NCBI GenBank assembly: GCA_013239625.1 | Contig: MU053431.1 | Coordinates: 1,330,485-1,394,484 of the forward strand | DNA length: 64,000 nucleotides | Direction: 5' to 3' | Source: Lama guanicoe | Lineage: Eukaryota | Shown here: in pieces, positions 42,801 to 54,800 of the stretch | Layout of the letters: every line of letters starts with the position of its first letter | Position numbering within the stretch: position 1 is the stretch's first letter | The notes under the pieces: model-generated | What the model saw: only the letters and a program-made list of their open reading frames with translations | The model's database searches: none | Told to the model about the DNA's origin: nothing | Position numbers and translations under genes: made by a program

Positions 42801-45800
42801 CTGCAAAGACATAACCGCAGTATAGTGATCGGAGTGTGGGAGCCGAAATGGATACGGTGCTGTTATCTGACGTGCAGGGCTCAATCTGAGTCCCCATTTG
42901 CCCCAGTGATGTGCTTCATGGTACATGGAACTCCCACATCACGTATGTTCAGTTTCCCGGTGGGGAACTCTTCTTCCATCTTCTTTGTCTTTAAAACTGA
43001 CGTTTCAAAGGTGAGTTATTGTGCTCTTTCTGGGTGGAAGGTGAATTTTCCTTTTTGTGTTAAGTATGTTCATCCTACCCTGACACTTAGTGTTTTGGCT
43101 GATGAAAGAGTTGGAGAGAAGTCTCCCCGGGGATCAGATTAATGTCCCTCGGGAGGTCCCCTTAGGGATTGCCTCACTTCTCCTCAGAGTACCCCCCAGG
43201 ATCCAGTCCTCTCCCCTTCGGCAGTCACCCTCAGACAGAGGGCGCCATCTCTAAGTCTCCCCCAGGATCCAGTCCTCTCGCCTCAGAAAGTCTCCCTAGG
43301 GACTGGTCGTCCCTCCTTAAGCATTTTGCCTCAGGATGAGGCCATCTCTCCTCAGATTGTCTTCCTCGTGATCCTGTCAACACTCCTGAGAAAGTCTCCC
43401 TCAGGATGAGGTCCTCCCACCTCAGAGACCTCCAGAAGGAGCAGGTCGTCACTCCTCGTGTTGTCTCCCTCAGGATCCCGTCAACCTGCCTCAGAAAGTC
43501 TCCCCTGGAATTCAGTCTGCTCTCCTCACAGTCTCCTGCAGGACTGGGTCATCCCTGCTCTGACATTCTCTCTCAGGATGGGGTCATTTCTCCTCCAGAA
43601 ATCTCCCTCGGGATCAACTCATGTCTCCTAGGATTGCCTCCCTCAGGATCCCGTCAACCCTCCCCTGAAGGTCTCCCTCAGGCTCAGGCCATTCTCTTCA
43701 GGATGTGTCCCTCGGGATCGGATTATTCCTCCTCAGAAGGCCTTTTTAACGAGGCGGTCACCTCTCCTTGGAAAATCTCCCGACCCGGGATTCAGTCTGC
43801 CCTCCTGACGGAGCCTCCTCAGGACCCAGGCTTCCCAGGAAGTCTCCCTCAGGGTGGGCTCGCTGCTGCCCCGGTGCCCAGGGCTTCTGTGCTGTGTGGG
43901 ATGCTCGGTGACGCGGCTTCTGCTCCTTTCACTTCGAGGACCTTTCTGGGCCCCTGTGTGTCTGTCACGCTGGGCCTTTGAATAGTTATTTCTGGATGAC
44001 TTTATTTTTTCTGTCTTCTTAAAGTCCTGGAACAATTATTTTTGGCCACTTGGATGACTCTTCTAATTTCATTGTGCTCCCGAACCAAACTCGGGCCCCC
44101 TCCCCTGCACGCGGTGAAGCCAGCTCCACTGGTGCCGCGTTTGCTAAGGGGCCAGACGAGGAGAGCAGGCGGCTCAGGCTCAAGAAACCCGAACTTCCCG
44201 GAGCGTTTCAGCAACGCATTTTAAGGGCCAGGTGAGGGAGGGGGTCCCGGCTGCGCGCGGTTCTCCGAGTGGTTGATGGTGTGGTAACGGGCGGTGTCAC
44301 AGATTAACATCCTCCGTCCTGAGGGGCCAGTAGGTCCGGGGGCTGCGTGCTCATGACCCCCGCGGTCATTTCTTCCATTTGGTGGTGGTTTCAGCATCTG
44401 AAAAACTCAGGAAACGTGCATCAGACGCTGTTCTCTGGGTGCTTCAGGGAGGAGTTAAGTGGAGGACGTGGGGGCGGGTCTGCCGGGGTTGGGGGGCAGG
44501 AGCGTCCTCCCGGCCTCGGCTGCCCTTTCTGTTTTCTGCCTGGCCTTTTGGGTCTAGGAGTTTCCTGCTATGTACTCCACCCCCTTTCCTCCTTTTTCTG
44601 TCTTGGTTGATACGTTCCAGGTACCCCAGAGCTCTCTTTGTTGTCTGCTGTGTTTAATAGCACCTTTTTTTAACCAGACACAGTGAGTCCTTGCATCTTG
44701 GAGGACATTAACGGTAGTTAGGGTTCTCTTTTCTCTTGTATTTCAAGTCTCCTTCTTGCGTGGTCTTCGCCTCGCCCAGCGGTTGGCCTCCGTGGCTGGT
44801 TTTGGTTCATCTCATTTACAGGCTTCCCAGGAACGCTGGTGCGGGCCATCCGTCACCCTTGTTAGGGCCAGGGCGCTGGGTAAGAGGACACTGGGGCTTC
44901 ACTGGGGGTGCCCTCCTGCCGTCAGTGTCCTGGCACTGGCCTCCCGGGCCGGTCATGTTCCCTGAGACGCCCCCGCCGTCCCCACGTCCCCCTCCTAGGC
45001 AGCTGTGGGGAGGGACCCAGAGTTTCCACCTTTCTGAGCTGGGGGGTCTCCACGGTGGCTCCAGCACCCTGGGCTTGCTGGCTCAGGTATGCGCTTGCGT
45101 TTGCTGCGGTTTCTAGGAGCCCGCTGCCTGCGCTGCCGTCTCAGGGCTGCTCTCTGTCCCCGTGAGCAGTTACCCTTCCCCCTGACTCACCAGGCGGGTC
45201 TGGGAGGGTTTGGAGGTCAGCACACACCCAGTGCGCCTCCTTCATTCAACTGGTCCTAAGTTCACTGAATCGTACTCTGTACCTTGCTTTAAAGAAATCC
45301 TAACAGTGTAACACTTCCTTGTGCTTAAAAAATCTGTGAAAATGTCCGTAATGGCTGGTTAACATCTTCGTATGGCTTTACTCTCGTGGCTTAAGGCACC
45401 CCGTCATTGACCATTTAAGTGTCCCCCTTTTTCTGAGCTTTACAAATGATACTGAAATGAACACCCTGTCCTTAAAACAACACGATGTGTGTCCTGGGGA
45501 GAGAGCCCGGCCGGACTGAGCCGAGGAAGCTGAGCCCTGGGGCATTCCCGGGAGGCTCTTGGAGGGGAGCGGAGACGGGCTTTTGCGGCCGTTTTCCTTT
45601 CTTATTAATCTGGGAAGCAGTCTTCCTGTGCAGACGGCGGGAATGGCCCCTTTGTGGGTTTAGGCACCTGTCCACAGGTGAACTCCCCGGGCGGCTCCGG
45701 GCCCGCAGCGCCCCCTGGTGGTTCCCGTCGCGGGCCAGCTGCTCGGCCAAGGCGGGAATTGCCGCGTGGAGGCATCGTTCTCCACGGTGGGGAGAAAACG

Positions 45801-48800
45801 ATGAAGCCCAGAGAAGGATGATGTAACTTAAAAAAAAAAAAAGCAGCAGAAGGCAACCCTGAAGACTCAGGGGATGAGGGGCAGGGAGAGCCCCTCTGCG
45901 CTTGGTGACCCTCCCAAGGAGCCAGACCTGGGCTGTGTTGCCCTGAGGGATGGGCAGAGCCCTGGGGATGGCGCGCGGGGTCCCCAGCTCCGTGGTGGCA
46001 GGTGGCCCCTCGTCCCCCGCGCTGCCAGGGGCCTGCAGAGCTGAGGCCACTGGGGGGAGCCTCCTGGGGCCAAGATGACCAGACACAACAGGAGGTGAAG
46101 GCACAGATTTTTCCTTCAGGAGAGTTTCTGAGCAAAGGCCTTTTTCTGGACGTGGTTCTGCGCCTCCCTCCAGAGGGGGCAGCTGGTTGCATGGGCCTCT
46201 CCCCTTCACGTCCAGGTAGGGGTGTTCAGGCCCTGCCTCCTGTGTGTGGCCCCCTACACTCCCACCTGGCCTTCCTCCCTCTCCCCGGCCTTCCCAGGTG
46301 CTGCCCCCACGTGGCCGACCTGAAGAGGGGCTCCGTGATGCTCTGCGGGGGTGCCCGCCGCCTCCCCGAGAACGCCCGCTGTGGGGCTGCGATGGCAAAT
46401 CTCACACCCTCCAGACGCACTCAGGGTCCTGGGATCCCTGCTCCAGACGCCGGGTCCCCTCAGCGGGCAGAGGCCCTGGGGTCAAGGGTCCTAGAACACG
46501 GGGTCCTGCAGGTTGAGTTTTCCTCGGCAGAGTGAGAGCTGGGGGCTCTGGGTCGGGGGTCGACCCTGCAGGCAGGCGGTGAGCGGGCAGGTCTGTACAC
46601 AGAGCCCTGTGCTTGTGCGCCGAGGACGGGCACCACAGGGCTAATGAGCCGCCAGCCGGCTGCCCGCAGACCTGCGGTGATCCCGTGCTCACATCTGCTT
46701 CTCCATCAGATGCTGGACGAGAACCACCACCTGATCCAGTGCATCCTGGACTACCAGAGCAAGGGCAAGGCTGCCGAGTGCACCCAGTAAGTGGCCACGC
46801 CACCCAGGCCCGTCCTGCCTCCCCTGGGGCTTAGCCACCTGGGTGAGTGGGGCTGTGGGGTCAGCTGAGCTGCTGAGATGCCCCTTGGAGGGCAGCCTCG
46901 CTCCCCCTGGCTCACTGCCCCTGAGAGGTGCCAGGTTTGGAGGGACACAGGAGTGTGGGGGGAGGGGATGGCTGCAGGGGGTGTCCAGGCTGGCCACACC
47001 AGGGGATAGCAGGCTCCTCCAGATAGGCCCTCGTGTGACCCCGGGGCCAGATGCAGAGTCACAGGGGCATTCTGACTGTGTCGAGTTAGCCTGGTGCCAG
47101 TGTCCACTGGAGGAGGCTGGTCCCCTGGCATCCCCTCCTGCATCCTTCCAGCTCTGCCTTGTTGTGACCCACCCTGACTTCTGTCCCCTGAGCAGACCTG
47201 GTGGCACCCCCACCTCCTTGGCCTCCACCACCACCACCCCTCCCCTCCCCGCCTGGCCCATCTCAGACCACCAAGTGTTCTGCCCCCAGCCCCGTCCCCT
47301 GGGCAAGGCTGTCTTGTGGCTCCTCTGCTTCACCTGCACCCCTCCCTGCAGGTACCAGCAGATTCTGCACCGGAACCTGGTCTACCTGGCCACGATCGCA
47401 GACTCCAACCAGAACATGCAGTCCCTGCTGCCCGCCGTGAGTGCCTGCCAACGGGGGGGAGGGGCTCCCCCTTGCCCATTGCAGTCAGGCAGGGCCTCAG
47501 ACCCCTTGGGGTTCCCTGCAGCAGCTCAGGGGACTGATGGCGTGAGTGGTGTGGGTGGGACTCCCTGACATACAGAAAGTGAACTGGTTGAGGTCCTGCT
47601 GTCGGCTTCTTTAGCAAAGGGAGGTGACCCAGGGAAGCCAAACCTAAACAGTGGGAAGCAGGTATGGGGGAAAACAAGAAGGGGGCCCAGGGATTCCGGC
47701 TTGTCACTGTGAGCCACTCTGAGCGACTTGAAATTTGTGACCTATGAGCATGCATTGCTCTGATTCACCCACAAAACTTTAAAAGGTGCCAGCACAGTAA
47801 ACCCTTCCAGTGTGAATGTAAACATGTTACTTTCTGTTAGACTTTTAAAACTGTATCTTCCCCACGTTAAATTGTTGCTGGGAAAGCAGGGTCCAGCAGC
47901 GGCTGCCTCAGGCCTCCTTCGAGGTGAGCAGAGAGGCACAGCCGTGGTGACCGGGGTGGCTGCTGGGTTCCAGCACAAATGTGGTGCTGGCAGCAGCCAA
48001 CCTCCCAAGGCCCCTGGCCCCGGGAACACGGTGACATTGTGAACACCAGGATGTGTTTTGCTAGTAAGGATGTTACACCAGTCTTGATTGCCCAGTCACG
48101 TCGGGGTCCCTCACCCTGCAGATGCCAGCGATCCTGCTGGAAACTCCATTTCCTTGGCCAGGTGTAGACAGCTTTGATCTGAACCTTCGGAGCGGCTGTT
48201 TGATCCAGACCTGGGGGGTGGGGGTGCAGGGGGCCGCTTGTAAGCTCCACCTCCCTCCTGTGTCCTGTGACCAGAGGTGGGCTTGGGGGTGGGCCAGGAG
48301 GGGGCAGGGTGCCTGGGGCACGGGTCTGGCCATACAAGGACCCTAGGGCGCAGGGGCTGTGAGGGACAGGGCCGGCCGGCCTGCTGAGACCCAGTGGGGT
48401 GGGGAGGGGGTGGAGCAGGATGACACAGCTGGTGGGACGGCAAAGCAGTTCCCTGAACCCCGGGAAGGGGACCCAGCTTTGGGCCTCCAAATGTGCGTTG
48501 ATAAGCTTGGCTGGCGCTTGGTGGGTGTGTCATCTCCATCTTGGCCTGAGTGTCTGGGCCGGTCGTCCGTGGTCGTCCCTCCAAGGGATTAGAGGCGTCC
48601 GCCGGGTGGCCGTGAAGTGAGGCTGCAACTCTCAGGGACAGCTGAACCTGGAGTGGCTTCTGGTGGCTGTTCTGAGTTAACGGTCCTCTCGGTGACCTTC
48701 CTGTTGCCACAGCCGCCCACCCAGAGCATGACGCTGGGCCCCGGAGGGCTGTCCCAGAGTGGCTCCAGCCAGGGCCTGCACTCCCAGGGAAGCCTCAGTG

Positions 48801-51800
48801 ATGCCATCGGCGCGGGCCTGCCGCCGTCCTCCCTCATGCAGGCCCAGATCGGCAACGGTCAGTAGCCGGGGCGTGTCGGGGTCAGGTCGGGTCTAGGGAA
48901 CAGAACAGGCCCTGGGCGGCTGGGACCCTCTGCTCCAGGGGGGCCCTTCCACGGGCACATGTGTGCGGTAGCAAGCAGGGGAGTAAAGCCCTCACTCCAG
49001 GGCCCCTGCTTGGCTGCGACACTGTCGGTTTGGGGCCACATCATCTCAGCATGAGCTTCTGTGGGGGCTTCCGTAGACATTCCTGTCCTTGGGTCAAGAA
49101 CCACTAAAGCCACCGGGAACCACTGACGACAGCGTAGCAGTGGGCCGGCAGCTCCTCTTCAGCATCAGGCCCCTTCCCGTCGTTCGTGGGGCCACGGACC
49201 TCGGTCGGCCTCCTCCTCGCAGTCGCTGGAAGGAAGCGCGGGTCCTGGCACGAGGCCAGGGCTGCCGTCAGGGGGTTTCGGTGGGTTTCAGTCTCCCCTG
49301 CCCTTCCTGGCAGGCCCAAACCACGTGTCCATGCAGCAGACGGCGCAGAGCACGCTGCCCACGACCTCCATGAGCATGTCCGGCAGCAGCCACGGCTCAG
49401 GGCCCGGCTACAGCCACTCCGGCCCGGCCTCGCAGAGCGTGCCTCTGCAGGGCCAGGGCACCATCAGCAACTACGTGTCTCGGGCCAACATCAACATGCA
49501 GTCCAACCCAGGTACCGCCCCGCCCGGCCCCGGGACCCTCCCACGCGGGCGCAGACCGCCCTCCGCCGGCAGCTTCCGGACGGCCGGGGGCCAGCAGGTG
49601 CAGGCCAGGCGGGGGCCAGTGCTGAGGGGCTAGGCTGTTCCCTGCAGCAGCTTCAGGGAAGCTCTGAGGAGGGGTGGCATGCGCCTCGCTGGGAGGACAG
49701 GTAGGGGCGCGGCATGGCCAGTGCACAGGAGCGGGGAGCGTGCAGGGCAGGCCCAGGGGCCCCACGGGTGGGCCTCCCACTGCGGTGACCGCTCAGGGCC
49801 CTGAGCACCTGGGCAGCATCAGGTCCAGGCTGGGGTGCCCATGAGTGTCAGACGCCCGGTTTCAAAGGCTTAGCACAGAAAAAGGGGACGTGAGTATGTC
49901 CCCCGTTCTCGTTAGGTTCACTGCGGGTTGGAAACAATCTATTTTGGGCATATTGAGTCAGACAGAGCGTGTCACTGAGATAGATGCCCCCTGTTCGTTT
50001 TCACTTGCCTGACACGGCTCCCACCCTGCCGTGCTGGCCACGCTGCTCCAGGGGTCGCGGGCAGGGGTTACATGGAAGGACAGGCCCGAGTCTGGGGACG
50101 GGCGAGGTGCCAGGCTCCCCGGGACCAGCCTCAGGGGCTTGGGAGCAGGTGGGTGGGAGTCTCATGGTTCCTGAGGGACAGGGCAGGGCGCAGGGACGTC
50201 CTGGCCCGGAGGAGGGCGGTCTGGCTGGGTGGGGGAGGATGCCGCCCCAGGGGCTTCTCGGGTTATTCGGGGTCTGTCATGTCGCCCAGTGTCCATGATG
50301 CACCAGCAGGCGGCCTCGTCCCACTACGGCTCGGCCCAGGGCGGGAGCCAGCACTACCAGGGCCAGTCCATGGCCATGATGGGCCCGAGCGGGCAGGGGA
50401 GCAGCATGATGGGGCAGCGGCCCCTGGCGCCCTACCGGCCCTCCCAGCAAGGTGAGGGGAGCGGGGCGCGGAGCCAGGGGAGTTCTTTGGCGATGAGTGA
50501 GGATGTGTGGGGGCTCTGGAGTTACACAGGCGTTCGAGGCCCGCCCTGCTCCTGGAGGCCAGCCGGGAGCCCCAGGGGATCGGNNNNNNNNNNNNNNNNN
50601 NTGGGGCTGGCGCATGAAAGCAGACTGCCCAGTTTCCCCTGGGGCCCCCGGGGGGTGTCCTCTGGTTGGAGGGTGGCCCATTAGGGAGGCTCCTGGGTCC
50701 AGGGTGACGTGCCGTGCTGCCCCCCGCAGGCTCATCGCAGCAGTACCTCGGCCAGGAAGAGTACTACGGTGGCGAGCAGTACGGCCATGGCCAGGCCGCC
50801 TCGGAGCCCGTGAGCCAGCCGTACTACCCCGACGGTGAGGCCCTGCCGCCCCGCCACCCACCCAGGGTCCCCAGGGCGTGGGGCAGGCCAGTCCCTGCAC
50901 AGAGAGGCTCCCAGCACAGCCTGCAGCCACTGGCCTCCTTGGGGCAGGGTGTGTAGTCCCCTGAGTGGACGGATATGAACGTCCTAAAGATGGGGGGGGT
51001 CCCATCACGTTGGGAAGTGCCTCCAGGAAGGGGCACATTGAGCTGTCGTGTCTCCTAACACTCACCTCCCAGCTGCTCCGTTACGGTTTCTGCAGGTCAT
51101 TTTCCGTTTCCACATCACCTTTCAGTGCCTTCAAATAGCCCCCGGATTTATGTTGGGGGCATTTAAAGTGGCCACAGAGGATGGGTGGGATTTGGGGAGG
51201 ACCCCCAGTCAGGGAACCATGTGACTGGGTCAGACAGTGGGCAGCGGGGAGGTGACTGAGACCAGTGCAGGGCCAGCCTTGGCTGCTCCACGTAAGGGAA
51301 ACCAGGCCTCACGAGGGGCCGGGCGCCCCGACAGAACACAAGCGGGCGGCGGGATGGTGACCTGCAGCAACGTTAAAGCCAGCAGCCTCTAGTGTGTATC
51401 ACGTGTGAGGCACCGAGTGTCCTCTGTCCTCTGTGACTGAGGCTCATTGTCTGCACACTCCCTGAGGAGCAGGGTGGCCACCTGTACTTTCAAGCAAGGG
51501 ACCCGCGGCTGCCTGACAGCATGGGCTCCGTCTGTGGGGAAAACCAGGCCGGCGCCCAGCCCGAGCTCTCCTGACCTGACCGCTGTGTTCACAGCTGTCA
51601 CTCCGGGGCCTGGGTGGCCGGGGGCCTCGCTGACCGCACGGCACCCGTTTGCTTGCAGGACACGGCGATTACGCCTACCAGCAGTCGTCCTACCCGGAGC
51701 AGAGCTACGACCGGCCGTTTGAGGAGCCCACGCAGCACTACTACGAGGGCGGTAAGGCTGCCGCCGCGCCCGGGGCGTGTCGCGTGCGGGCTTTCTGGGC

Positions 51801-54800
51801 CTGGAGGCTGGGCACCGCGTCCCTGCTCGCCCGTGTGTGCATAAAGCATACCCACCACCGGGTCCAGCTGCCAGCTTGGGGCCTGTGAGCTGGTCTCAGG
51901 GCTCCTCAGTCAAGACCGTCAGTTGTTCCAAACTCAGCAGGCGGGAAGGTGGACGGCAGGGACCCAGGCAGCCTCTCCCCTCACGCCCACCTCCCAAGCC
52001 AGGCGGGCAGAACACGTGGGCATGTTGCTGTGCTGAGTGTGGCCGGAGTGTGTCTTCAAACACCTGCTGGCCAGGTAAGGCGCATCTCTGGGTGGGGCCT
52101 CGGCAGGTGGAGGGTGAGGCAGGGCGCGCTGGAAGTGGCTCCCCAGGTGGAAAGCCCTGGTCTGGAGCGTTCGCCCATGTCCCCGCCGGCTGACTTAAAG
52201 CCGCCAAAGTGACGTCACCAAGTACAGAATGGGGAAGAAGCAGGCATAGTCTGTTCTCAAGTGGGTGCCAGCTAGACCCAGGCCGTAGGGTGAGGGTACC
52301 TCCCCCCACCCTCAGGAGGCCCCGAAACATGGGGGATGTGAGGTCAGCCGGCTCCGATCCCAGCCTCCCTGATCAGTGGTGGGAAAACCTAACTGCTCCA
52401 GGAAGGCCCTAGAGAGGAAAAAACAAACAATAAATACAAAACGGGTGACTTGAAAATGTGACTTTTTTGGTGGCATTTTTTCAATTGTAAAAATACTTGA
52501 AATTAACCGTTTAGCTGTTTTGAAGTGCATCTCCAGTCAGTGGCATTAAGCACTTCACATTGTGCTGCAGCCACCACCACCGTCACCTCCAGAACCTTCT
52601 CGTGCTCCCAGGCTGAAACTTTGCCCCAGTCAACACTAACCGCCCAGCACTTCCCCTCCCCAGCCCCTGGCACCCACTCTGTCTCGGATTTGACGATTCT
52701 CAGTACCTCATGTGAGTGGAATCATGCAGTATTCGCCTTTTTGTGACTGGTCTGTTTCACTCAGCATAATGTCCTCACGGTTCATCCGTGTTGCAGCAGG
52801 TGTCAGAACCCCCTTCCTCTTTAAGGCTGAATGACATTCCGCTGTATGTCTAGACCACATTTTGCTCATCTGTTTCCCTGTCGATGGACACTGGGTTGCT
52901 CCCCCCGTTTGGCTATTGTGAATAATGCTGTTGTGAAAATGGGTTTACAGATAACTCTTGGAAATCTTGCTTTCAGCTCTTCAGGGCACAGGCAGACCTC
53001 TGAGATATTGCGGGTTTGGCTCCAGACCACCGCGATAAAGTGAATATTGCAGTAAAACCAATCACGTGAATTTTTGGTTCATAGTCTGTGAAGGGCACAG
53101 TGGCATTATGTCAAAAACAAAGTATACATACCTTACTTTAAAAATAAAAAGCAAATGAGTAATTACATTAGTAACATAAAAGACCACTGATCGCTGATCA
53201 CAGTAACAAACGTAATAATAAAAAAGGCTGAAATGTTGGGAGAATTGCCAAAGCGACACAGACATGAAGGGAGCAAATGCTGTTGGAAAAATGGCCCCAA
53301 TAGACTTGCTTGCAATGCAGGGTCACCTCAAGCTTTCAGTTTTTTTGGTTTTTTAAAAAGTTTTTTAATGGGGTTGGAGAGAGGTAATTAGGTTTATTTA
53401 TTTCTTTAGTGGAGGTGCTGGGGGTTGAACCCAGGACCTTGTGCATGCTAAGCCTGTGTGTGCTCTACCGCTGAGCTGCGCGAGGCCTCGGACCCGGAGC
53501 CGCACTGCGGTTATCTGCGCAGCACAGTAAAGCAGGGTCTGCCTGCGAGTCCCTGGAGCTGGAGGGTCTGGATCATGTGCTCATTCCATTGTTAACATTT
53601 TGAGGAACTTCTGTACTGTTTTCCAAAGCACAGCTTTGACTCTTGGTTACACACGGTAGGAGAGTGTAGAAAGTCTGGGAAGTACGGGGGAAGTCACCCT
53701 GGAGGCTGTGCTGTGGTCACTCACCTGTGTTTCCCCGTGCGGCGTCTTGTGTTCGCACGTGTGGGTCTTGGCTCCCGGACACGCGCTCAGACCAGCCTCC
53801 TGATGCCGGGGAGTCGGTTCCCTAAGGACTCTACCCGGGGCTGTCCCCTCGCCAGGCAGGCACCTCACACCCTGGCCCCACCTGTGCCCGGAGCAGGTGC
53901 AGTGACCTGGCTGGATTAGAATGCTTGTGACAAGTGTAAGACGAGGGACCCGAGGAGCTTGAGCATCTCAAAGTCAAGTTGTTTACGAGCAGCTCACGCC
54001 CCCCGCCGCTCTCACACACTGGCTGGCTGCGTGTTGGCTGTTCTCCATGAACAAGTGGATTTTCCCCGGCTTTCTCCCGCACCGCGATGCAGGCAGCCAT
54101 CTGCGTGGCGGTCAGTCTTGCCTTTAGTCACGACCAGAGGAAGCACACCTGTAGCCCCCCGTGAACACCTGGGCACCACTGACGCTGTCCTCCAGGGGAC
54201 CTGCTTTTTTTCACCTCAGCTCTCGCTGTTGGCAACGGTGTCAGCGAGCCATCTCTGCACACCACGTGCCCATCACCTTGGAGGTTTCTCGAGAACGAGG
54301 CCCCGTGGCAGGACCCTGGGCGCATGGGCAGCTTCGTGGGCCCTTGACTGGCTGCTGCTTGTGCCAGTGGCACACGTGCAGGAGGCTCGAGGGATCGGGC
54401 CGATCAGGGAGGGCTGTGCCCACGAAAGGGGGCCCCTCATGGCAGGACACTGCAGAGCGCAGCTGCGGCCAGGGGCCATGGGGAGGTAGGTCCTGGGGAG
54501 GGGGCCCATGAGTCTAGGTCGTGTCGCCAGCAGTGCGGCTCCAGGTCTGAGGCCTCGTAACCGCAGGGCCCTGACCTGTCAGTGGGTGGCAGCTGCCCGT
54601 GAGGTTCCATTTCACCAGGCACACCGAGCAGGCACACTTGAAGTGGATAAATGTTTGCTGGTTTGAGCCATTTTAAAAACAGTCACATGTGTGAAATTCA
54701 GAGTCTGGTGCGGCGGGCGTTTGAACGCCTGGGTGTCAGTGCCGCGAGGAGAGGTCCCACCCAGGCAGCCCTCGGCCCAGTGGGGCTGGTCCCTGCAGCC

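Larger units (their letters stand above)
52470..53630 (-). mobile_element. L1MB 3' end carrying a nested Tigger1 derivative and SINE
   Basis: cagtggcattaagcacttcacattgtgctgcagccaccacc...ttggctattgtgaataatgctg, resuming at ctggatcatgtg...ttttgaggaacttctgtactgttttcca. Confidence 0.85.

Noticed and set aside
43406..43981. 191-aa ORF through the 35-bp array; CRISPR-like appearance
   Set aside because: Period is not a multiple of 3 and the peptide is not periodic; repeats are degenerate, linkers related, no cas genes, eukaryotic intron
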